Shown: positions 19,853 through 28,718 of the stretch, piece after piece | Layout of the letters: every line of letters starts with the position of its first letter | Numbering within the stretch: the stretch's first letter is position 1 | Virus record (IMG/VR): IMGVR_UViG_2061766007_000220 | Direction: 5' to 3' (one strand) | Source of the DNA: an uncultured virus (IMG/VR IMGVR_UViG_2061766007_000220) | Taxonomy: Duplodnaviria > Heunggongvirae > Uroviricota > Caudoviricetes | DNA: 52,840 bases | Notes under the pieces: generated by a model | The model's database searches: none | What the model was told of the DNA's origin: nothing | What the model saw: only the letters and a program-made list of their open reading frames with translations | Made by a program: the position numbers and the translations under genes

Positions 19853-20918
19853 TTACTTTAACTCGCGGTATAGAACCTGGTCTATTACGTCTTGTGATTT
19901 GTCTAACATAGCCATTCTTGCCTTGTAGATAGGGTATGTAGGTCTGACACCGATAGAACGATGATATTGACCGTTCAAATCGTACCAACCCCACCCCATT
20001 TGATCGAATGCGTGTCCTTTGGAGTTTGGCATCGTACCTTGTCCTACAATGCCTTGCATTCCGTCAAACTTGACATCGGATAACCAACCACTACCGAACT
20101 CNNNNNNNNNNCGCGGAATATCTTTCGCTTTGTTTCTGTTCCCATATTCTGAAATTCAGGGAACATGATAATCTCAAATTGCAACTCTTTTAACGCATCA
20201 ACGCAAGCATCAGAAACGACACTTGCCACATTGATACCCATGGCATTTGTGACTTTGACATCAAATTCCACGGTAACTATTGCAGCGTTAACGGTTTTGT
20301 TTTCGAGATATGGTGATATTTCGTAAGGTGCTAAAAAGTGAACGTAAACGCAAGGGAATTTTGCGGGTGTATTCGGCGAATCGTCTTGCGTAAAGAACAT
20401 GTCCGGATAGGCAGTATTAAACTTCGCTTTTACCTTTGTCTTGACGTAGGTNNNNNNNNNNCGACAACAAAAGTGGCGAGATTTCGTAACCATCTACACG
20501 ACCGCTTGCGTTTATCCACTCCTGAAATATCGGAGTATCTTGACCGTTGATAGTGTATTTGACCCTTGTAATGTCCTTTGTCTGTTTCTTATCNNNNNNN
20601 NNNGGACAACAAAAGTGGCGAGATTTCGTAACCGTCCACATGGCCGCTTTCGTTTATCCACTCCTGAAATATCGGAGTGTCTTGTCCGTTGATAGTGTAT
20701 TTGACCCTTGTAATGTCCTTTGTCTGTTTCTTATCTTCTTCTACTGTGAAAAAGACGTTTGAAGCATACTCCGGTATTACATTCGCCTTTGCGGTTTCAA
20801 CACCAATATCTACAAGCCGTTTAGCGATAACATCTGTGCTTTCAATAACCTTGTGCATATACTGGTTTATGAAATTCAGCATATTATCGATTTCGTCTAG
20901 GTTAAACTCAACTTTCAT
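19853..20918 (-). CDS. Neck/tail-completion protein (HK97 gp10-like), fragmented by gaps and interleaved with the next gene
   Basis: N-terminus MKVEFNLDEIDNM...KRLVDIG at 20918; EFGSG...GQGTMP..GHAFDQMGWGW...GVRPTYPIYKA C-terminus at 19853-20101. Confidence 0.6.
20112..20451 (-). CDS. Tail terminator-like protein (partial, between gaps)
   Basis: TPAKFPCVYVHFL...ENKTVNAAIVTVEFDV...LKELQF. Confidence 0.6.
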
Positions 20919-21348
20919 CTTTTACGCGCCTTTTAAGCACGAACTTTGAGTAGTTAAGCGTATTGACCGCTGCCTTGACTGTGTAATCCGCAGATTTGGG
21001 ATCAACTGTCTTTTCATCAGGGTCAAGATAAACAGGCGTAGTTTCAAACCATATCAATGATGATTCTTTTATCGGGTACTTGTTCTTGTCAGTAACAATA
21101 ATCGCATCGTAGTCACCGATGCTGATTCCGTAGGTCTGAATATCAGAATCACCGCCAAAAGCTATGTTTGCCTTAAAACCTACAGGCTTTGCATAACTGT
21201 TTGTCTGTGTTCCGACTTCGACCGGAACTGACACACCATCAATAGTAATGTACTTTGTCGTTCCGTCAGGATTCTTCTCGTACTGCTCTGCCGAATCGTC
21301 AAACAAAGAATAGTACAACTTTTGCTTGTTTTTCGCTAAAGTCCTCAT
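20908..21348 (-). CDS. Head-closure/head-tail joining protein
   Basis: MRTLAKNKQKLYYSL...YAKPVGFKANI...ADYTVKA; position in the head-tail region. Confidence 0.7.
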   Translation of the reverse strand: MRTLAKNKQKLYYSLFDDSAEQYEKNPDGTTKYITIDGVSVPVEVGTQTNSYAKPVGFKANIAFGGDSDIQTYGISIGDYDAIIVTDKNKYPIKESSLIWFETTPVYLDPDEKTVDPKSADYTVKAAVNTLNYSKFVLKRRVKDES

Positions 21349-21352
21349 TGTA

Positions 21353-21658
21353 TCAGTCCTTGCTCTTCATCTCATCTATGCGCTTGTGCGCTTGTTTTGC
21401 GGATTCCTCTACGGCTTTCAAACGCTCCGAGAGGTCTGCCACAGTCTCCTTGTTTGTTTTGATCTCTTGTTTCAGTTCGTCCATGCCTTTAAGAACCGAG
21501 TCTAATTTAACCCGAATCTCAGTCATCGCTTCCACCCTCGCTTCAATGTCTTTTACGTCTGTACGCTTATTGTTTTTCACAACAAAGCAAAATGACGCAA
21601 CAGTTATAAGCGGAGTGACCACCGACATAACTGCCAAGAAAATTTCATAAGTGTTCAT
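21353..21658 (-). CDS. Hypothetical protein with an N-terminal TM helix and coiled coil
   Basis: IRVKLDSV...ERLKAVEESAKQAHKRIDE, a common phage family. Confidence 0.7.
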   Translation of the reverse strand: MNTYEIFLAVMSVVTPLITVASFCFVVKNNKRTDVKDIEARVEAMTEIRVKLDSVLKGMDELKQEIKTNKETVADLSERLKAVEESAKQAHKRIDEMKSKD

Positions 21659-21679
21659 AGGCTAACTCCCGATTGTTTT

Positions 21680-22045
21680 TTAGTAAACCGTGTTTGCGAA
21701 ATTCGGAAGTCCTTGCAAAAGTTTCGGAGAAATCCACGATCCATCGTATTGACGCGATACACCGTTTTCGCCATGACTTGTCTGACCCTCTGCGTTTACC
21801 CTTGATAACACTTCGTTGCAAGCCATAGCAAGCGCAGAAATCGACCCTTTGAGAATGTCGCATTTCTTTGACTCTGTGTAAGTAAGAGTGTTAGGAAAGT
21901 GACATCCGGCCATCGCATACTCGATGACAAAATCAACGATTGACGATGGAAATGCCGTAAGTTCCGTATCGGGTTCGACTTCTTGCAAATAAGTCAGTGC
22001 TTTCGTGGCAACCGAAGCAGTAAGTTCAGTCAATGTCATAATCAT
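21680..22045 (-). CDS. Head-tail connector (SPP1 gp15-like)
   Basis: RVNAEGQTSHGENGVSRQY motif. Confidence 0.8.
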   Translation of the reverse strand: MIMTLTELTASVATKALTYLQEVEPDTELTAFPSSIVDFVIEYAMAGCHFPNTLTYTESKKCDILKGSISALAMACNEVLSRVNAEGQTSHGENGVSRQYDGSWISPKLLQGLPNFANTVY

Positions 22046-22221
22046 TCTCCTTCGTCAGTTAAGCCTTTGCGTTTGCGCTTCGTAACTTCCGGTTCAACTT
22101 TTTCGGACTTCGCAGTAATCTTTTTTGTTTCCTCAACGGGCTTAGCAATAACCCGATGGGGTATTTCTACCCCACCAGGATAATAAACTCCGTCAAGAAA
22201 AACGCTATGTGCGAATTTCAT
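22042..22221 (-). CDS. Small hypothetical protein after the capsid gene
   Basis: GAGGT RBS; MKFAHSVFLDGVYYPGGVEIP. Confidence 0.65.
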   Translation of the reverse strand: MKFAHSVFLDGVYYPGGVEIPHRVIAKPVEETKKITAKSEKVEPEVTKRKRKGLTDEGE

Positions 22222-22237
22222 AGGCGTTACCTCACGA

Positions 22238-23761
22238 TCAAGTTGCAGAATCTGCCACAAACAGTCCTGCTGCAGCAGCAAGTTCGTTTGTCGTATCAAC
22301 AAGTGCGATAGCAAATGTCTTTCCGTCAGTGATTGTAATGTTGTCGCCTGATGTGTAGTCAGCCCAACCCGAAAGGTCTGTGCCGTAGAAGATCTTATCA
22401 AGACTGTCTGTGGTTGTGGAAACCTTGTATGCGTAACCCGAAGGTGCAGCAGCAAGAGTAACCTTTGTTGTGCCGGAAGCAGAACCCTCTGCAACAGTAC
22501 CCGTAAGGGTCTTGTCAAGGACTTCACCGACATTCATAACAACCACACTGTCCATTCCCTCGAANNNNNNNNNNCGAATCTGCTACAAACAGTCCGGCAG
22601 CAGCAGCAAGTTCGTTTGTCGTATCNNNNNNNNNNTGAAGGAAGAACGATCTCAGAAGCGATTGTCTTTGTGTTAACAGGGTCAACTGTTTCGGAAACCT
22701 GAACAGAGAATACACCATCAACAAGCGCAAAGTCTGCGTTTGCTCCGGAAAGAGCNNNNNNNNNNGGAAGCGATTGTCTTTGTGTTAACAGGGTCAACTG
22801 TTTCGGAAACCTGAACCGAGAATACACCATCAACAAGCGCAAAGTCTGCGTTTGCTCCGGAAAGAGCAGCTCTCTCTTCGGGTGTTGTTCCAAACCATGT
22901 CTTGCCAACAGGTGCATTGGGAAGAAGTGTTACCATGCCATCAGGATAGAACGAATGCTCTGTCTTGTCCTCGTCAGCGTAGAGCTTGTCGTAAACAATG
23001 ACATCAAGCTTTGCTCTTGTCTTGATAATAGCAACAACATCGTCCTCGTTGATAACAATGTTAGGAATGACGTTCTGTGTAAGAATCGAGTTCTTTACAT
23101 TGTTGTTGACAAGAAGAAGCGACATTGTGTTGCTGTTCATGACCGCAACTGTAGGCTTTGCAGTTCCCTTTACAAGCCTGCGCGCCTTGATAAGATCACC
23201 GATAGGGTCTGAATCAGGATTGTTCCAGTTCGATGAACCGAGTGCGTAAACAAAGTTGTTGTTTACAAAGCTGTTGTCGGGATCGTAGTCATAAGCGTAC
23301 TCTGCACCGTTGCCGATGATCGAAATTGCGGGTTTGCCGTTCTTGGGTGCAAGAAGCTGCCATACCATGCGCTCAGGAACGACCCTTGCACCTTCGAGAA
23401 GGGTGTTTGCATCGTCAAAGATGCTGTCGATAACGTCCTGTGCGTAAGGATCGGTTGAATCCTTGATACGAAGAATCTCCTGCTCGTCCTTTTCCTTGAC
23501 AAGCATTCCCTCACGGAAGAATGCCATCTCTGTAACTTTTGCATTGAAGCCTTCACGTGAACGAAGCGCTGCCTTTACGTCAAAAGCCGAGGGTTTGAGT
23601 GTTACCGGAAGGTTCTTGTGTGTTTTAAGCCACTTTAAGTCCATTCCCATCTTCTTGTCGAAGGGGAAGAACACTCTGCCGAGATAAGCGATAGAATTGC
23701 TATCAGGCACTGATGTAGCAAGGGCAATAGCCTTTGCCGAGATAATGTCACGAGTTCTCAT
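22238..23761 (-). CDS. Major capsid protein (phage_cap_E-like) with a C-terminal Ig-like extension; gaps and duplicates at 22565-22765
   Basis: YLGRVFFP..K..LKWLK...LPVTLKPSAFD..A.LR; GKTWFGTTPEE; DPVNTKTIASEIVLPSFEGMD continues into the extension. Confidence 0.9.
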
Positions 23762-23783
23762 TTACTTTCTCCTTTCTTCGAGA

Positions 23784-24190
23784 TTACAGAAGCGTGATCT
23801 GAGGAATGCTGATTGAACCACTGTATGTGAGTCCACTTGCAGCTTCCGCTCTTGCCTTATCTACGAAACCGTGGATAAGCGCAGAACCGTTCGGATTGTC
23901 GATGTAGACATCTCCGTAAAGAATGCGTGTTGCGTTGCCATCGTTTGAAGCTACCCAACCGGCAGCTCCCGACTTAATGGGTGTACCGGATTTAACTACC
24001 TTTACACCGTTCTTTGTGTCGGATACGTTCGTGAAATCAAGAACTACCGACTTTGCAACATAATGATCGTTGGNNNNNNNNNNTTCTTGTCGGTTACGTT
24101 CGTGAAATCAAGAACTACCGACTTTGCAACATAATGATCGTTGGCAAGAATCTCGATCTCGCCATCAATGGTTACGTTTTTAAACTCCAT
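23784..24190 (-). CDS. Head decoration protein (split by a gap; start duplicated to ~24342)
   Basis: MEFKNVTIDGEIEILANDHY...KVVKSGTPI...ILYGDV..DNPNGSALIHGFVDK; between scaffold and capsid. Confidence 0.75.
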
Positions 24191-24365
24191 TGTCGTTTTC
24201 TCCTTTCGTAGAGTTATTTGAATGACGCAAGTGCGNNNNNNNNNNTCACTTCCCAACTTGATAGGTGTACCGGACTTAACTACCTTTACACCGTTCNNNN
24301 NNNNNNAATCTCGCCATCAATGGTTACGTTCGTAAAATCCATTGTCGTTTTCTCCTTTCGTAGAG

Positions 24366-24950
24366 TTATTTGAATGACGCAAGTGCGTCTGTCATAGCCT
24401 TACCATCCGGTCTGCTCTTTAAGTACGCATTTGCAAGTTTTTCCTGTGGACTTAAACCGTCACCGCTTTTTTGCGCTCCCGAAAGAGGCTTTCCCGCGTT
24501 GTTTGCGATTTCAAGTTCCTTTGCTTTGGCCGCTTCATCTTTAGCTGCCGTGATGAACTTACCGAGATTCTCAAAATCAATATCTCCATCAGCGTTAAAG
24601 AACTTTTCGCTATATTCGTCTGTAATGCCGATCTTTGCAAGTTCCGCTTTTGTCTGAGAAGTCTTGATTATCTTCTCCTTTTCTGCAAGCAGACTCTTGT
24701 AACTGTCCAATTCCTTTTGAAGTTTCTCGGCATCGGTAAGGCTTGCACTCTTTAAGGTTTCAAGTTCTTCCGTAGCCGCTTTGTACTTCTCATTAAGGGA
24801 ATTGATTAACTCCTGTGTCTTTAACTCTTTATCCTTGTTCTTGTTTGTTTCTGCTCCAAGGGTATTGAGCAAAGAGTCAATCTGCTCTTTCGTGGGTTCT
24901 GCGATGCCAAGAGTGGTTTTGAGGTATTCCTCTGCCTGTTGTCTTGTCAT
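24366..24950 (-). CDS. Capsid scaffolding protein
   Basis: MTRQQAEEYL...EPTKEQIDSLLN, coiled coil, LTDAEKL; upstream of decoration and capsid genes. Confidence 0.85.
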   Translation of the reverse strand: MTRQQAEEYLKTTLGIAEPTKEQIDSLLNTLGAETNKNKDKELKTQELINSLNEKYKAATEELETLKSASLTDAEKLQKELDSYKSLLAEKEKIIKTSQTKAELAKIGITDEYSEKFFNADGDIDFENLGKFITAAKDEAAKAKELEIANNAGKPLSGAQKSGDGLSPQEKLANAYLKSRPDGKAMTDALASFK

Positions 24951-25058
24951 GTTTTAAGTCCTTTCTCCATACCTTTTTTAACGAGGTCTGTTCCTCTTGT
25001 GGTTCTCATTTTACGCATGAGTGCTTATTTATTCCACGGATAAATCCGTTAGAATCAT

Positions 25059-25688
25059 TTAGTCGTATGTCAGCCAACACCGACAGTTCACAATCAAGTC
25101 AGCCGGAGGATTTTTGCTTGTGTCACACGGATAGGCCATAGGGAATCCGTCAACATCAAAATCTTCGTCAATGCCGACTGTTACTTTATCAACAAGGTCA
25201 TGGGCGATACGGACTTTTTCATCTTCCATCGTGTTCCAAGTCTTTCGAGTTTTGCCCGCTGCCTTTTGACGTTCGTTGAGATCGTGATTCTCTATTATGT
25301 TTGTTTCTGTCCACGCTATGCGAATCAACTTGTCGTTCGTAAGTGCTTCGTCAAGTTTATCGTTTTCGTAGGCTTCTTTTACGGTATCGACTATCTGCTT
25401 TGAAGCAACCTCTGCTCTTTCCTTGCAGTAATCGTCAGTAAGTCCAAAGTCCTCTAGCGTTTCCCAATAAAACTCTGATGCTTCATCGTAAAAGAAAAGC
25501 CACCATTCTTCTGAATCATCGTCTGTTTTTTTCGGTGCAAGTTCCGCTATACTCGCAAACACCGCAGCAAACGCTTCCAGAATCTTGTCGGCTAAATCTA
25601 ATCGTGATTGTATTTCCGCTTCATCGAGTGGTATTTCCTCGAAATAACGATGAAACCTATTTAACTCATCAGCTTTCAGTAGGCTCAT
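25059..25688 (-). CDS. Minor head morphogenesis protein (Mu F/SPP1 gp7-like)
   Basis: RIAWTETN...KTWNTMEDEKVRIAH...FDVDG..MAYPCD...IVNCRC. Confidence 0.85.
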   Translation of the reverse strand: MSLLKADELNRFHRYFEEIPLDEAEIQSRLDLADKILEAFAAVFASIAELAPKKTDDDSEEWWLFFYDEASEFYWETLEDFGLTDDYCKERAEVASKQIVDTVKEAYENDKLDEALTNDKLIRIAWTETNIIENHDLNERQKAAGKTRKTWNTMEDEKVRIAHDLVDKVTVGIDEDFDVDGFPMAYPCDTSKNPPADLIVNCRCWLTYD

Positions 25689-27831
25689 TGTTGGTTTCTG
25701 TAGCGGAATTATTGTTCATGTCGTCAAGCATCTGTTTCGCAACCGCTTCCTGATCTTTAACTCCCCTGTTCTCGATTTCGGTATCAACCATTTCTTCAAC
25801 GGTCTTGTATTTCGCATCAAGATAAGGTTTTGAAAGAACAAATACCTTTTCGCAGTCGCTCCAAAGTCCGCAAGTTTTAATAGCAACAAGCGGGTCAATT
25901 CCGGCTGCAAGAAGCTGAACAAGCGACTGTGTTTTGGTGTAGAGGTTGTCGGTAGGACTATGTACGATATGTACGTCATAGTCGAGTTCGGTCAAAGGAA
26001 ACTGTGTCTCACCAAGAACGATCCTTAACCGGTTCGTGATAAGCCTTGCAAATCTTCTCTCCGACTTCTTTACGAAAGCATCTTTGATTCTCGCTCTTGT
26101 TTTTGAGAAATCCCAACCGTTACGGAGTTCGACCGCGCCCTGTGTATCGCCACCGGTATTTCCCTCTTTGTTCGGTATTGCAAGAATCGACATTGTGCTT
26201 TGCCACATATCGTCTTTTGCAGATTGTCCGTTCTGCTGATTCATTTCAATGGACAAAACGCCAACATCTGCGTTTCCTGCATCTCCTTGCTTTGAATGTA
26301 CGGAAATCGCGCCCCTTGATCTCATGTCGTCAAGAATCTCTNNNNNNNNNNTGACATTGTGCTTTGCCACATATCGTCTTTCGCGGATTGTCCGTTTTGC
26401 TGATTCATTTCAATGGACAGAACGCCAACATCTGCGTTTCCCGCATCTCCTTGCTTTGAATGTACGGAAATCGCGCCCCTTGATCTCATGTCATCAAGAA
26501 TTTCTCCGTCAACATCGCAGTTTACGAATTTCAGGAACGCCTGAACGAACTGCTCTATTGAATCAACGCGGTTCGACTGAACCGAATTGATCGCGTCAAG
26601 CAAGTCGATAACAACTTCAATATCTGACAAGCAGTTCTGGTTATTCGGATAATCGACAATCGGAATATCGCCATACGCATGAGGTTGCTTNNNNNNNNNN
26701 ATCAAGCAAGTCGATAACAACTTCGATGTCCGAAAGGCAGTTCTGATTGTTCGGATAATCGACAATCGGAATATCGCCATACGCATGAGGTTGCTTATCN
26801 NNNNNNNNNTGACTGAACCGAATTGATCGCATCAAGCAAGTCGATAACAACTTCAATGTCTGACAAGCAGTTCTGATTATTCGGATAATCGACAATCGGA
26901 ATATCGCCATACGCATGAGGTTGCTTATCAACAATATCATCCTCTGTCATGGTGTATTCGTAAGAAGGTGTCCAACACTTATACATCGTTCCGTTTTCTT
27001 CATCCTCGTATGTTTGGAACGCGCATAAGGGTTCTTGTGTATCTGTACTGTAAACAACCCATGTATTAAGCGGAGTAGGAATAACAATTCCAAAAGGAAC
27101 TACCTGATTGGGTAAAACAATGTCCTTGTTGAAAATTCCCTTAAATCCTATTCCGGTTGCGCTCTGCCACTCGCCACATGATAAGTCGCTTGTGTCTTTT
27201 GATGCAACTCGNNNNNNNNNNGGGAATAACAATTCCAAAAGGAACTACCTGATTGGGTAGAACAATGTCCTTGTTGAAAATTCCCTTAAATCCTATTCCG
27301 GTAGCACTCTGCCACTCGCCACATGATAAGTCGCTTGTGTCTTTTGATGCAACTCGGCAATAGTCATTGAGCAGATCAACGTACTCCGACTTACTGTTGT
27401 CTTTTGAAACACTCGCAAAACTGATGGGTTCTCCGTATGTCTGTCCGTTTTTGAACATGACGATTTCAAATGCGTGATTCTCGACAACCTTGTTGTTTAT
27501 ATCAGACCTTACTGTTTTCGTCCTGTAGTGTGTCGGCTGATCTCCCTTAAAGTAATTCCAAAGGTATTCCGCTGCCGTCTTGTTCTTTTCAAAAGTCTTT
27601 TTTGTTGCACTAAGCGCATCAAGCACATTAGTATCGTCAATTATATCGTTTTCCGCTTTGTAGTACGGGGTCTGTCTGCCGAACTCGCCCTGGACTACGT
27701 TGTAGAAAAAATCGCTATTAGCCATGTGCGCNNNNNNNNNNATCAATTATGTCGTTTTCCGCTTTATAGTACGGGGTCTGTCTGCCAAACTCGCCCTGGA
27801 CTACGTTGTAGAAAAAATCGCTATTAGCCAT
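25669..27831 (-). CDS. Portal protein (SPP1 gp6-like), fragmented with duplicated segments
   Basis: LWNYFKGDQP, INNKVVENHAFEIVMFKNGQTYGEPI, IPIVDYPNN..LSDIEVVIDLLDAIN.VQSNRVDSIEQFVQA, GGDTQGAVELRNGW. Confidence 0.9.
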
Positions 27832-27951
27832 GTGCGCTCCTTGTCATAATAAAATGTAACAGAAAGGCCGCTGAGTACGAAACTCGCGGCCGTCTGTAAG
27901 GGTTCAAAATAGGGGAGGTAAAGGAAGCATTCGATTCTCTTACCTACATAC

Positions 27952-27980
27952 ACTTTAGCATACGCACAGGGGGAAGTCAA
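27952..27980 (-). promoter_or_regulatory. Sigma-A-type promoter for the portal/morphogenesis operon
   Basis: TTGACT-17 bp-TAAAGT with extended TG; overlaps the stop of the ArpU-like gene; leader hairpin at 27858-27897. Confidence 0.6.
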
Positions 27981-28703
27981 CACCTTTTTTCGATTTCTGA
28001 AAAACTTTTTTTGAACAGCTTTTTTATCCACTCGTACGACTTCGTTTTTTCTCTCGCTATCTGTCTCATGCTCTTGTGTCCAATGAACCGATCTATGAAC
28101 ATTTCTCTGCGCTCATCATTGTCAATATAGGCAACCAACGTGTGTATCTCACTCTTGCACTCTTTTATGTTCTGCTCTATCTGGAATCGGAGTTTTATCA
28201 GGTCCTCTGTCCTCGCTACGACAGTTATCATTCCGTCATTACGGCAGCTTGTCTGAATCCTGTCACGGCTATAGTTGACACCTTTAGGACAATACTTTGA
28301 ATACTCCATCTCCGCAATCTGATCGTTTACATCGGACAGATAAACTTCCAAATTCTGTAACTTGNNNNNNNNNNCTTCGTACAAGGCATTCTCCTTTCTT
28401 AAAACCACAACGGATTGAAAACTGCTGACGCATAATTCCGCTCGACTTCAAATCTGCTCTCCATTTCTGCAAACTGTGCCATAGAGTCCGGTACGTCATC
28501 AAACTTGTTGTCGCCCATTATCGTGTATGTCACTAAAAAATCGACAAACATTGCAAGTTCNNNNNNNNNNGGTCACGGCTATAGTTGACACCTTTGGGAC
28601 AATACTTTGAATACTCCATCTCCGCAATCTGGTCGTTTACATCGGACAGATAAACTTCCAAATCCTGTAACTTGTTCAGGCGTGTCTTTATCTCTTCGTA
28701 CAA
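27977..28703 (-). CDS. ArpU/RinA-like late transcriptional regulator (duplicated pieces around gaps)
   Basis: TTG start after AAGGAG; GVNYSRDRIQTS...IDNDERREMFIDRFIGHKSMRQIARE..KSYEW C-terminal HTH. Confidence 0.7.
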
Positions 28704-28718
28704 GGCATTCTCCTTTCG

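Noticed and set aside
24955..24998. PreQ1-I riboswitch-like hairpin with an A-rich tail
   Set aside because: The loop lacks the ligand-binding consensus and the downstream gene is a capsid scaffold
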